Source: Eledone cirrhosa
Lineage: Eukaryota
Direction of reading: 5' to 3'
Assembly: GCA_964016885.1 (NCBI GenBank)
Contig: OZ024749.1
Coordinates: 34,968,001-35,032,000, forward strand
DNA: 64,000 bases
Positions within the stretch are counted from its first letter, which is position 1. Each line of letters starts with the position of its first letter. The notes under the pieces are model-generated. The model ran no database searches, had not been told where the DNA came from, and worked only from the letters and a program-made list of their open reading frames with translations. Both the position numbers and the translations under genes were made by a program. This document shows positions 12,404 through 25,533 of this stretch, piece by piece.

Positions 12404-13734
12404 CTGTTGAGAAAAAAAGATTGGTAACTTTAATAAGAACATGGGGAGGCGTGGATGTTGAGCACACTTTTTTTATAGGTTAGATGGAAACAATTGAGCG
12501 ATGGTTCAGTAATCCGTCTCTCTGTAGTAAGTGCCTTAAACGGCTGTCTAGTTGGCCTTAATACGCTAAACCTTGGAATAATGGGGAGTTTTCACATAAA
12601 TATTATGACACACCGAACTTTGGCTACTGCTGCTGCTAATGCTGCTAGTAATGATGTTGTTGTTGTTGGTGGTGGTGGTGGTGATGGTGTTGGTGGGGTG
12701 TGTGTCGGGGTTACATACAATAGAGTCAGCGATTACTTTGTACTAAGCATCTTATTACAAGACACAATGGCGGACAATCGAAAGGAAATTAACGAAAGAT
12801 AATCCACTGGTGTAATCCGGCCAATGGGAAAATGCTGGGAAAGGAAAGAGATGTAGAGAACGAAGGAGCATATGTGAGAGCTGGAACGAACAAATCTTAA
12901 AAGAAAGGACGAAATGAAGGGGGGGCTGAAAGAAAAGAGACGTAGAGAACGAAAGAAGATATGTGAGAGCTGGAACGAACGGATCTTTTAGAAAGATAGA
13001 ACGAAAGAAAGGAAGAAAGGAAAAAAGAAAGAAAAGAAGACCAGAAAGGAAGAAAAAAAAAAGATCTGCTTTCTCTCGTTTGATAACATCCGATAGTATC
13101 CATTGCTGTGTAGCTGGATTTGAGCTGGAGTTTCATCCACAAACAGCTCCATATACACCACAAGCTTTTGTAACGACATTCATTGTATCGGCAACTCTTT
13201 CATCTTCAAAGCGATTGTTCTAGAACAATTTTTTTATCTGTCTGTCTGTTTGTCTTTTTTGTTTAATGACGAGCCCCTCATCTTCATTCTCCCCCCTAGA
13301 TTAAATTACAATCTAAAAAGGAGACGCAGAGAAAGAAATAATAGCGTAGAAATGTAAAAAAGAAAAACAAATATTAGAAGTTTTATTTTTAATGTAAGAA
13401 AAAGTTGATTAAAATGTCAGAGATTATTTTCCATTTCTTTTAAGCTCGATTACCTCCCCTCCACCCCTTCCATTCCTTGTCTTGTATGTTTCCTTCTCTC
13501 TAATCTTTCCCTCTGTTTAAATCAGTTATCATTGGCAGCTAATTACAGTAAACTTCATTTCACAATGTTTAACAGGCGGACAATATTACTGTATACAATG
13601 GTTGATATCACGTAACAGTAGTGGACATCACAGTGGTGTCCCCTCAATACACTGGTAGATATTACGTACGTGTAGCGATAACTCTTTCTCTTATAGTCCC
13701 CAAGATTATAGTGTTGCACGATATGCATCTACAT

Positions 13735-13813
13735 CAGTCATGGACAACCTGCGGCCTGATGATCAGCCATATCTCATGCGGTCCCCCTTCTCGAAAAAGG
13801 TTGCCCATGCCTG
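13735..13813. mobile_element. 79-bp hAT-type MITE
   Basis: TIRs CAGTCATGGACAACCT / AGGTTGCCCATGCCTG; perfect 8-bp TSD ATCTACAT. Confidence 0.88.
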
Positions 13814-14109
13814 ATCTACATCCTGATTGAGTCGTAGGGACACCGTGGTGATATATGGCGTGTCTACGGCATTTAAACCTGACAGAGCCATTCCCTCTCC
13901 CGGTCTGAACATAGCTGACGGGGAAATAGCGAAAGAAAGGTAGTAAAGAAAGAGATATAGATGAAGAATCAATGCCGGGTCAACGTTGCCTTTAATCCTC
14001 CCGCGATCGGTAAAATAAGGTACCAATCAAGTACTAGGGCCAATATAATCGATTTTTCCCTTCTCCTCTAATTGCTGACCTTATGCCTAAATTAGAAATC
14101 CTTTAAATA

Positions 14110-14330
14110 TTGGTGAATTACCAGAATTGCTCGAACGTTGGGAAAAAAAATGATTTACGGCATTCATTCAGGTTCTGTGAGTTCTGAGTTCAATCTCACC
14201 GAGATCAACTTTGACTTTCATCCTTCCGATGTCTATAAAACAAAGTACCAGTCAAACACTGGGGTCGTTGTAATCGACTTTACATTCCCTCCCATAATCG
14301 CTGGCCCAATGGCTTAATTAGAAACTATAA
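14110..14330 (+). mobile_element. Old SINE (family A relative)
   Basis: CTGAGTTCAATCTCACCGAG...ACTTTCATCCTTCCGATGTCTATAAAACAAAGTACCAG. Confidence 0.7.
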
Positions 14331-14999
14331 TTACTGTAGATATAGATACGATTATACTGAGTTAGACGCCATACAACACTAGAGAGAGGCGACCAATGTT
14401 GAATGGAAAATATTGTGTATAGATACAGAGGCGGTGGAGCGCCCTATGTTAGCTCTACAACGGGTGCCTTCTTTTCCCAGTTATGTACCCCTTTCTCCCG
14501 GTTATGCACCCCATTCTCCCAAATAAAATAATTTGAACTTTCAGTTTGGTAAACTGACGAACCTAGTTTTTGACATTTCTTACTCCGACCATTCTAAGAA
14601 AATTACTAAGCTTGCATTTTCTACTATACAGTTCACACTCACCCATGCCAAATCATGTGATAGGTCATAATATCATACGATCATCTCCACCACTTTGAGT
14701 ATTTCCACAGCGCTGCTACGCAGCTATGATGTTTAGCGATCTATTTATTGATCCCAGGAACTTATTATATATCTAATTTGATTTGTACAAGTTTGTATAA
14801 AAGTTTCTGTAATGCGTGTTTCTGAGACCTGCACCCTAAATGACTGCCTAGTTGGCCTAATAGCAGCGTCGACCCTATACACACTAGATTTATTTTCAAA
14901 CGTTCATTCATGAAGTATTCCCCATTTTCTTTATATACAAAAACAGAGGTAGTATTTTCTATTTTTTTCGGCGCCATCTAGTGTAGAAAGTGTATAGGA

Positions 15000-15400
15000 C
15001 CTCCATCATATACGACGACAAGTGATCCGTTTGAAGAATGGAACTCCTTGCTTATGAAATTAATGTGCACCCTTAACGTAGCTCTCAGGGAGATTCAACA
15101 TGACATAGTGTAGTATATAACATTTGAATTATTGGCACAGTCCATCTTGTATAATGGGCTAAATAACTGAACATTTCACTGTGACTTGTGCCCATAACGT
15201 AAATCTCAGGGAGATTCAGCGTGACATGGTGTATGTTAAAGGTCCGGCCCTTCGAATGACAGGTACGATCAATTTTTGCCAGTTGAGTGGGCTTAACTAG
15301 AACAAAGTGAAATAAACTGTCATGCTCGAAGACACAACACGTAAGCAGGAATCGAACTGACAACCTTACGACGGTGAGCCGAATACCCTAACCACTAACT
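15000..15400 (-). mobile_element. SINE family B long form with an internal partial duplication
   Basis: CTCAGGGAGATTCA occurs twice; B-type head at the right end. Confidence 0.65.
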
Positions 15401-15778
15401 CAGGTGTCTTCACTCTGGTAGAAAGCTCCAACCCGGGAGAAGCATGTCTGAACAGGCGACGATGTGCGCGTGTGGCCAAATAAGATATTCCTATCAGCAT
15501 ATCCGGTCACATGATCAAAATGAAAATGGAAGCAACGAAATAGAAAACCCAGTGCAACAAGACGTAAACGCACACACACACACACTAACACACAAACTAA
15601 CACAAGTTCGAGCATACACATACATACATACATACATACATACATACATACATACATACATACATACATACATACATACATTCATATATACAAGCATATG
15701 CATACATACAAGCAAACAATAGTACATATATACATACATCATACATCTTATATTCAGACAAATGTATTTAGGAATACA

Positions 15779-15837
<59 letters not shown>

Positions 15838-15942
15838 ATGTGTGTGTATGTGTGTGTGTATATATGTGTGTGCGTGTGTGTATATATGTGTGTGTATATA
15901 TATATATATATGTGTGTGTGTATATATGTGTGTGTATATATA

Positions 15943-16042
<100 letters not shown>

Positions 16043-16052
16043 TATATATATA

Positions 16053-16083
<31 letters not shown>

Positions 16084-16084
<1 letters not shown>

Positions 16085-16215
16085 GGTTGACATATGTTGA
16101 TGCCCTAAGGACAGACACTGGTCTCTTGGAGACGCAGAACATGGCAGTGATGATGAGGGACAGAGACCGCTAGAGAGAACTCGTCCATGGATCTCGGGAA
16201 TTTTACCCGCCCTAG
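16084..16215 (+). mobile_element. 3' tip of an RTE-group LINE
   Basis: RLTYVDALRTDTGLLETQNMAVMMRDRDR...EFYPP*; near-identical to 25745-25876; inside microsatellites. Confidence 0.8.
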
Positions 16216-16237
16216 ATAGATAGATATATACATATCT

Positions 16238-16595
<358 letters not shown>

Positions 16596-16709
16596 TTATT
16601 TCAACCTCTGTTTTTTTTACACGCAGAAATGCCCTTTTGTACCGTCCTGTATTGTCCTGTACTGTCCTTAATGTCTACTTTATGTAAACCCTTGTGGTTA
16701 ATAAAGAAA

Positions 16710-16764
<55 letters not shown>

Positions 16765-16768
<4 letters not shown>

Positions 16769-16866
16769 GAAAGAGTCGAGATCCCGACGGCTGAGCTCTT
16801 ACCGTTTCAACAGCCAGTTCCAGACTCTTTCATATAACCATACTCTACTACCCCACGTATCGAGTA
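16765..16866 (+). mobile_element. Half-hammerhead fold-back family, degenerate copy
   Basis: ATATGAAAGAGTC...GACTCTTTCATAT followed by the family tail ACTCTACTACCC..GTATCGAGTA. Confidence 0.7.
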
Positions 16867-17044
16867 TGCAGAGAAGGCCCATTCACTCGAGCCATTGTCG
16901 CCACATTCCCCCACCTTTCAGCGAATTTATTGTCGTGCAGCATCTCTCTCGACTCTCACAATCCTTTTAAAATAATATTTAAAGAAGGGTATTAGTTGTT
17001 GCCCGGAGAGGAAGGTGTTTGCCTTCGATCCTTTGATTGATAAA

Positions 17045-17545
17045 TAGATAATTTTCTTTTTATTTGCCACCAGGGCATCACAAAGTGGGACAAGTACAAT
17101 GGGGGGAGTTTACACAAAAAGGCGAGTAAAGAAAACAAATAACAAATATAAAATTAACAATAAAGTCCTCAATAGGGAGGGGGCGTTTGGGGGGGTCGCA
17201 CACCCCCCCGAAAAAAGTGTGCAACCCCTTCTCCTCAGGAGCACAGAGAGAGGGTGCTCCCTCGTTCCTTCCTCTTTTCCACCTACAGGCTGATGTAAAG
17301 AGAAGGCCCATTCACACGGGCCATTCTCGCCACTTTCACCCACCTTTCATAAAAACGACCGGGGTGGAGCACCTCTCTCTCTCCATCCTGATCCTTCTTC
17401 CGCAATGATATCGGAAGAAACGGATCAGTTGTTGGCCAGAGAGAAAGGTGCCTGACCTCAGTCCTTTCAGACGCGTCCACCATACAACCTCTTTCACCAT
17501 GGCTATTACGCACAGAAACACCGCCTCTCCTTCTATTAGCAATTT
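17045..17545 (-). mobile_element. Tx1/L1-like LINE 3' end (frameshifted ORF2 C-terminus plus 3' UTR); related fragment at 16868-16975
   Basis: AVFLCVIAMVKEVVWWTRLKGL...FFRYH and RFYERWVKVARMARVNGPSLYISL*, followed by a UTR ending AATAAAAAGAAA. Confidence 0.65.
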
Positions 17546-18187
17546 GGTCTCAAAGGTAACACGTCTATTTCATCTGGTGCATTGGTTTATTCTGTAATAA
17601 AAGTCAAACTATTGATATAAATACTCACAACTTGTACGTTGTATGTGTGTGTATGTTTATTACTGGTCACATATATATACGTATAGAGAGAGAGAGAAGG
17701 AGAGAGTATGTGTATGTAATCTCATCCGACAGTCAGCAGACGACCTCCAGCCGTGCCTACCAATACGTCTTTCTAACATAAAGTTAACCATCGTAAGAAA
17801 AAAAAATGAAAGAAAGTCTTCTCCTCCTCCTCCTCCTCACCATCATCATCATTGGCATCCTGCTCCTTCTCCGGCTCCATCCATTAAATTGTTTCATTCT
17901 AAAGAGAGACAACAGCTATGAAACACTACTGGAGGTTGGATGAGAGCACATACACCTTTCTCCAAGTGACCATTAATGTACGGCTTTCTAACACACATAG
18001 CCACTTTTCAGTTACATATATATCTCCTGTATTTTGTTTGTTTGTATATATATATATATATATTATAACCTTGATCACCTTGACCGACCAGTCTGTCGGG
18101 CGCCAATCAGCGCCGCTGGTCACAGCACGTCGTGGTGTTTTAGCCATAAGATAACGCCATCCCACTGGCTGGGCGGGCAGGCCGGCA

Positions 18188-18313
18188 CTCATTTCTACAG
18201 CTGAGTAAACTGGAGCAACGCGAAATAATGAAACAACACATCACCCGGTCCGAGAATTGAACTCACAACCTTTCGATTGCAAGCCCAATGCTCTAACCAC
18301 TAAGCCATGCGCC

Positions 18314-18318
<5 letters not shown>
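18188..18318 (-). mobile_element. SINE family B (tRNA head plus CORE-like domain)
   Basis: GTGAAGGCGCATGGCTTAGTGGTTAGAGC...GAGTTCAATTC head. Confidence 0.85.
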
Positions 18319-18399
<81 letters not shown>

Positions 18400-18439
18400 A
18401 ATATATACGAACATACACATATATATATACAAACACACA

Positions 18440-18484
<45 letters not shown>

Positions 18485-18488
<4 letters not shown>

Positions 18489-18602
18489 CGTGTGGCTGAG
18501 TGGTTAGAGAATTGGATTCACAATCTTGAGGCTGTGAGTTCGATTCCTGGACCGGGCGATGCGTTATGTCCTTGAGCAAGACACTTTATTTCACGTTGCT
18601 CC
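18485..18602 (+). mobile_element. SINE family B
   Basis: AAGGCGTGTGGCTGAGTGGTTAGAG...GTTCGATTCC...TCCTTGAGCAAGACACTTTATTTCACGTTGCTCC. Confidence 0.85.
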
Positions 18603-18707
18603 TTCTACCTGGAGTTGCGACCGATAGATAGTATTAGCAACTGGAAAGACCAATGGAAACATTGTTTCCTCGGTCCGATTTGACGAAAGTCGATCGATCC
18701 TTTATTT

Positions 18708-18808
<101 letters not shown>

Positions 18809-18813
18809 ATATA

Positions 18814-19140
18814 TATCAATGATATTAATAAATGGAAACTATATTTATAAAACCATATTTATTTATAAAAAAACATATTTATTTTATAAATAGTGACATA
18901 CCCGATAAACCAGACCTTATCGGGTATGTCACTATTTATAAAACAAATTTTGTATTTTATCTGATGAGTGCGTACCAAAGTTTTTTTTTTGGTACCCTTG
19001 AAAAATATATAATAAAATAAATATGGTTTTATAAATATAGTTTCCATTTATTAATATCATTGATATTACACTCCAGGAAACTTGTAGAGTGCTTCGAAAC
19101 TGTTATAATAAATAAATTTGTTGAATTACCAGCAAATTAA
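18814..19140 (+). mobile_element. (TA)n-embedded element with nested palindromes and a hammerhead core
   Basis: Outer arms of about 51 bp at 18814-18864 and 19015-19064; inner 27-bp-arm hairpin at 18882-18943; HHR at 18953-19019. Confidence 0.7.
18953..19019 (+). ncRNA. Type I hammerhead ribozyme motif (decayed)
   Basis: TATTTTAT CTGATGA GTGC-GTACCAAA..TTTGGTAC-CCTT GAAA AATATA TA ATAAAATA; 8-bp stem I perfect, base of stem II and stem III mismatched. Confidence 0.6.
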
Positions 19141-19176
19141 ATATATATATATAAATATATATATTCAAGCAAACAC

Positions 19177-19216
<40 letters not shown>

Positions 19217-19611
19217 ACATACATATATATATGTGTGTGTGTGTTATATAATATATATAGCCAGTCTAAGAAAGAATGACTTCTCATTTGTCGTAATTTC
19301 TACTCCTTCATTCGTTTTTTAAAGAGAGAATAAGGAAAGAAAGAGAGACAGAAACTGTGAAGGAGAGAGAGGGGGAGAGGAGTGAGACTACTTGGCTTAA
19401 TTTGAACGAGATTTATTGCTGTTTTAGTATAAACTCATAATTACTGGAGGTGAAGATGGATCGATATAAACTAACGACCGTATAATTTTACAGGAAATAA
19501 TACATTTGTCCTTCTCTCCCTCTCTCACCCCTTTCTCTCCTACCCTTTCTCCCTCCCTAACCTCCCCCATCTCTCTCTCTCTACCTCTCTTCCTAACCCC
19601 ACCTCCCTCTC

Positions 19612-19663
<52 letters not shown>

Positions 19664-19800
19664 GTCTCCCTCTATTGGGGAAAATCGACTAACTTTTAAA
19701 TTCCATCTGTGATAACATTTTACACGTTTTTATTGTATGTAAACTTCCCCCTTTGTATTTGTCCCCTTCTTTTGTGCCCCTGTGGCTAATAAAGAAATAT
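19664..19800 (+). mobile_element. Tx1-like LINE 3' UTR fragment in (TATC)n
   Basis: Near-identical reverse complement of 57174-57310. Confidence 0.7.
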
Positions 19801-20034
19801 ATCTATATCTATCTATCTATATCTATCTATCACACATAGACAAGTCCCTATAGTTCTTCTATCTACCGCTCTCCTCGTTCTCGTAGCTTCTTCCGTTACT
19901 TCATCATATAATCTTATGGAATATGTCCTTCTCCTCGCTCCTTTATAACTGACATTAGATGAAGGGGTAGTGGGGGGTTATGAGAGACTTGTTACTGCTT
20001 CCTTGATGTTGAAGAAAACTATATATATATATAT

Positions 20035-20225
20035 AACGAAGGAAATGTGGTAAGGAACCAGGTGGACCATAACGCACCAAAGTACTCAATATTTAGGGTA
20101 GTAGAGTGGGTAATAGGAACAAGTAAGACCCCGACGGCTGAACTCAAGCCGTTTCGACGGCTAATTCAGTCCAGAATTAGCCGTCGAAACGGCTTGAGCT
20201 CAGCCGTCGGGGTCTTACTTGTTCC

Positions 20226-20228
<3 letters not shown>
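20035..20228 (-). mobile_element. Half-hammerhead fold-back family, complete copy
   Basis: 55-bp arms at 20113-20167 and 20174-20228 (1 mismatch) plus a unique tail of about 78 bp; (TA)n on both sides. Confidence 0.85.
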
Positions 20229-20256
<28 letters not shown>

Positions 20257-20311
20257 TTCTTCAACACACACACACACACACGCACACACACACACACATA
20301 TAAATATATAT

Positions 20312-20391
20312 ATAGGAACAGAGTTAGGGCCCCGACTGCTGAGCTCCGCCCGTTTCGACAGCTCAGCCGTCGGGGTCCTAACTCTTTTCCT
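20312..20391. mobile_element. Half-hammerhead fold-back family, apex-deleted copy
   Basis: AGGAACAGAGTTAGGGCCCCGAC...GTCGGGGTCCTAACTCTTTTCCT. Confidence 0.75.
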
Positions 20392-21844
20392 GGCCACCAG
20401 CACCAGGCGAGTGTGTTGTCCATCGCTCCGTTTCAGGGTCGCATGCAGGAGAGGCATGAAAGCTTGCAACATCCGTCCTTCCAGCTGGGAGAGACAGGCT
20501 GGAGACCGTACTCACAACCTCACCATTGCAAGCCCAATGCTCTAACCACTGAGCTACATGCCTTCAGTATTTGAGTAAAGACTTTCATTTTTTAATGTGG
20601 TGTAGTCATAGTAGTGTTTTGTGTTAAATATTGATGGTATCTTTATGAGTGGACAGATCGTTGCGAAAATTTGCAGGATTAAAGTGAAGACTTTAATTTT
20701 TAATGTAATGCAGTGCCTTTCTAGAATGTCTTGCTAATGTGGTTTCATGGGGTACAGGACGTTAAGAGTTAAAAAAAAAAAGACACTGTTAAAGTTGTGG
20801 ACAAGACAGAGACATGCAAGTAGTGGCGGAAATAGATGATGATTGACGAAGATTGACGGAAACAGGTTTTTCCATTAGGCAAGTGTTTATTGAAAGCAGC
20901 GACGAGCGTCGTTTAATCGATCGGCTTTGATTTCTCCGCCATCAGTATCGATCTAGCTATCCACTTATCCACCCCAGTATCCTATCGGTCTGTCCAGCTG
21001 TCTAGTTCACTTGTTACCAATAGATAGGTTCAATAAGCAATCAACACTGTCTGTTTAACAATAGAAATCGTTAAATGAAGGAAAAACTAATAGTTTCAGA
21101 TAACTGCAAACCGTTTATATATATATATATGATATATATACATACTCTCATACACATACACATATACACATACACGTGCACATACACATACAGTTACACA
21201 TATACACACAGTTACACATATACACACAGTTAAGCATACACATACACACGCGCAGTTACACATACACAGACATGTACACACAGAGTTACGTATAAAGGTT
21301 ATACACATACAAATACAGTTATACAAAGGCACTTACATTCACACACATACGTGTATACACACAAGCTTAATAACGAGAAAGTTATATTATTAAATCTCTT
21401 TAAATACTTGACTATTTTCAAAATAATTTAAAACTTATTGGCTATATTTCTCATTAGTAATATGGTAATGAAATGGTGAAAGTATTTATCTAAAACCCTT
21501 TTATTAGAGAACCTTTGTTAAGTTATGTTCCAAACAGCTGCTTAATAACGAGAAAATTAGTTACATTACTAAATCCCTCCAAAAAGACTTAATGGCCCTA
21601 ATTACACCTTCACATGAAAAATATTTGGGTCCCATTCGGTTAATTATTGCCATTTGTTCTTGGTTAATTGATTAGAAATAAATTTAGCTGTATAATTCGG
21701 TACTGCTACAAGAAAACCAATTTGACTGCACAATTCGGTGTGTGTGACAGCTCACACCTATGCAGGTTTAGCTGGCCTCCTCCAAGGTATATCTCGTTGG
21801 AGGTGTCTTGGGTAATTTAATAATAGGGACCCCAGTCCTATCAT

Positions 21845-21989
21845 CTCATTTCTACAGCTGATTAAAGTGGAGCAACGTGAAATAAAGTGTCTTGCTCAAG
21901 GAAACAACACATCACCCAGTCCGAGAATTGAACTCACAACCTTTCGATTGCAAGCCCAATGCTCTAACTACTAAGCCATGCGCCTTCAC
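21845..21989 (-). mobile_element. SINE family B
   Basis: Near-identical to 18188-18318. Confidence 0.85.
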
Positions 21990-22343
21990 AATTCGGTACC
22001 GCTACAAGAAAACCAATTTGGCTGCACAATTCGGTACCACTACAAGAAAACCACCAACAAATCTGATATGGAATGTTGTATTAGTTGGATCAATTTTTTA
22101 ATATATTAAATGTTATTTGCAATAACAGAATGACATAAAACAAAGAGAAAAAGAAATAAGACAGGACAAAAGGGAGAGAAATGGGGATTTATTTTAAGGA
22201 CAATTTTTTTAACTACACAAATCTTTCAGGTAAGTATCATAAGCTAATGTAATTTTCTGGGTCTGAGAAACATTTGCAATGTAATGGCGGTTTTTAATAT
22301 TTTGCGATTGTTTTAAGTCTTTTAATCAAAGTTTGTCGTGTAA

Positions 22344-22515
22344 CAGACCTGTCAAATCCCACCCACTTTGGGGTGGGTGAGAGATGTCTTCTTTTGTGAA
22401 AATGGCTATAGCTTTCATTATGTAAAATCTGCCCATTTTGCCTCGTTTCTCCCTGTTTTGGGGCACCTTTTTTCATGGTACTCCCCATTTGGGTTTTTAG
22501 AGGTTGGCAAGTCTG
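22344..22515. mobile_element. CAGACCTGYCAA MITE (copy 2, opposite orientation)
   Basis: TIRs; flanks GTGTAA / TTGTAA. Confidence 0.8.
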
Positions 22516-22850
22516 TTGTAAACACATGTAATATTTGACACAAAATGTAAACATGTTGCACAGAATTAGATTTAGAACTACACAGGGATGGGTTAACTGC
22601 ACGTTTAATTAATATCTGGGAAACAATGTGGGAGAAGAAAAAACTCTATCTCCTTTGCTGAACAGTATATTTCAGCAGTGTCCCACATATAGCATTGCTG
22701 TGGAAAATAGCTAACGATATCCACTACATTAGCCATTTATCCACTCGAGGTTCCTTCCTCAGGTGAGATGCTCTTCTCAAAATTTAATGCCGCCGGGAAT
22801 CACACCCACCCACCCACGTAAACACGCATATATATATATATATATATATA

Positions 22851-23161
22851 CAGTGTACCCCCGGCATTCGCGGTTCCGGTTATTCGCGGAATTTTCCTCA
22901 GAACTTAACTAATAATTGTTCGCGAAATCATAAATATCGTCCGGGATTTTTTTAATGGCTTTTTTCGTGGCAATATATATATATATTTAACGCTAAATTA
23001 TTAATAACAATATACCGTAATTGCCGGCCTATTGGACGCCCCTTTTTAAATTACATTTTGACGTTTATAGGCATTTTTATTGACCACACCCAATATTCGC
23101 GGGTTTTCACTCTTCGCGGGTGCTCTAGGAACGTAACCCCTTGAATACCGAGGGACAACTG
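22851..23161. mobile_element. Tc1/mariner-Tigger-type MITE
   Basis: TA|CAGTGTACCCCCGGCATTCG ... TGAATACCGAGGGACAACTG|TA; repeated ATTCGCGG subterminal motifs. Confidence 0.8.
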
Positions 23162-23545
23162 TATATGTATGTATGTATGCACATACACACACACAGATAG
23201 TCGAGGTACATCTGCAATCTTCTCTATACTAATTCAACATTTACATAGTCTTTTCCTTTGTAATCAATACTAAGTTTGTGAGGTGCAATATTTAGTCCCC
23301 TTTCTATCATTGGGGCCTTTTATTCTGTGATGGGGATGATTGTTTTCTTCCTACGGTCTCACGAATCAACCCTTTCCCTTCCGTTGTTTATTCTGTCGTC
23401 TCCCTGTCTAGGTGATGTAGAAAACGGTTTTTACTCAATATTTGTTGTCGAACAGCATCAAAGTAGAGAAGGGAAAAACTCCAGGAAGATGTAATTAATA
23501 AACTATTAATCATATGCAACTAGCTTGGACATGTTTCTTCCTTAG

Positions 23546-23613
<68 letters not shown>

Positions 23614-23657
23614 CTAGGCACCAATAGCAGCAGATATGGACATGTTTCTTCCTTAGC

Positions 23658-23762
<105 letters not shown>

Positions 23763-24133
23763 ACACAGCAGCAGACTTGGACATGTTTCTTCCTTAGTAT
23801 TATATATATATATATATTTATATGTGTTGTGTGTGTGTACATACATACATATATGTATCACACAGTAGAATCCAGACATTGTACATTGATATGCATCGTT
23901 AATTTTTGCATTTGATTTAACATTATTCTAGCTAGGGATTCCTGCATCGATTGTTATGTCATAGCTGGTTCAGTAATATTTCTCATTCACTGATCAACGA
24001 TCACTGATTCATAGCTGGTTCACGATTATTTCTGTTTCACTGATCAACAATTACCGATAGCTAATCATTGTTAATTTCTTATTGCAAACAGTAGAGAAAA
24101 TAAATTTTTCTCTATTGTTTTACATACACATTA

Positions 24134-24300
24134 AGGCGACGAATTGGCAGAGTCGTTAGAACGTCAGATAGAATGCTTTGTGGTATTCGTTTCGGTTCTC
24201 TTCTCTCTGAGTTCGAATACCGCCCAGGTCAACTTTGCCTTTCATCCTTTGGACGTCGATAAAAAAAAGAAAGTATCAGTCTAGTACTGGGGTCGATTCT
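24134..24300 (+). mobile_element. Old SINE (family A relative)
   Basis: AAGGCGACGAATTGGCAGAGTCGTTAG...GAGTTCGAATAC...ACTTTGCCTTTCATCCTTT. Confidence 0.75.
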
Positions 24301-24435
24301 TCCTCTACATCTCTTTCTCACTTTCATTCGTCTTTCGTATAAGCTGTCGCCCGATCCCTAAGACTGACTGACCCGTGCTCGACCGCCGTTGGCACGGAAC
24401 CATTCTTCACTTTGGTCATCGAAGGTCTCGTTCAC

Positions 24436-24693
24436 ATCATCATCATCATCATCATCATCATCCTTCGACTCCTCTGTGGTAAGTCGGAACTCTTTTGACA
24501 ATCCATTTCCACACTGTCCAGCCCTGAGTCCCGAGCTACGGTGTCTGGGAAAGTCAGCTCTCGTGTATAGACACATCCAGAGGGATGCCACAGAAGGAGA
24601 GTTGAAATGATTTCTTTGTCGGCTCGATGACAGTGACCAGCAAACTGTAGTCTTTTTTGCTTGAGTCTGAGGGATATTGGAATCAAATCTCAT
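24436..24693 (-). mobile_element. RTE-group LINE 3' fragment with (GAT)n tail
   Basis: PISLRLKQKRLQFAGHCHRADKEIISTLLLWHP...TFPDTVARDSGL. Confidence 0.8.
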
Positions 24694-25201
24694 TCACACA
24701 GGACCCGCTGGAAGGAGTGTTTGAGGATTTTGCTCCCATGACTCTCTCGGGAATAAGTGGGAGGAGGGGGGGGGGGGGGAAGAAGAAGAAGAAGAAGAAA
24801 TAAATAAATAAACTCTAAAACAAGCGTTAAATCTGGCTGGTAAAACTGGTTTTAAAAAATCTGAAGATGTTGTAAAACTGGCACTCATATGATCCAGCTT
24901 CCCTGGAGTGTCAAGTAAACAGATAACAACAACAAAACTAACCAGACAGTAATCACAGTGACAGCCATAAATACAGATGAAGTCTACTTTACAGAAACAG
25001 ATAAGATTCAGTTACGTCGGATTTCTGATTCCTTTCGTTAATCTCTGGTTTAGAAAATAAACAACAGAACATATTACAAGCACGAGTACCATAGATGATT
25101 TCAATGAGATAGGGTGGGTTTATGTGGGGATTAAACACACACCCACACAAATATCTCTCACACAGGCAACATATATACACAAACAAGCGCACACATACAC
25201 C

Positions 25202-25285
<84 letters not shown>

Positions 25286-25478
25286 TTTAGTACAGCATAG
25301 ACGAAGCTCTAGTATACGGCCAAGCTAGCGTGTATGGTTATTCGGTTTGTAGCTTTAGCACTCATATGAGGTAAGACCCCAGAGTATAACATTATGTTCA
25401 GACAGCAGCTTAGCAAATTAGATATAGCAGTCGGCAGTCCGACCGCATCACTAGAGCAACGAAAATACAGGACCCAGG

Positions 25479-25530
<52 letters not shown>

Positions 25531-25533
<3 letters not shown>

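Noticed and set aside
13060-13222. In-frame TGA in ...GAVCG*NSS (- strand) as possible selenocysteine
   Set aside because: Surrounding peptide does not resemble SELENOF or other selenoproteins I know; no SECIS seen
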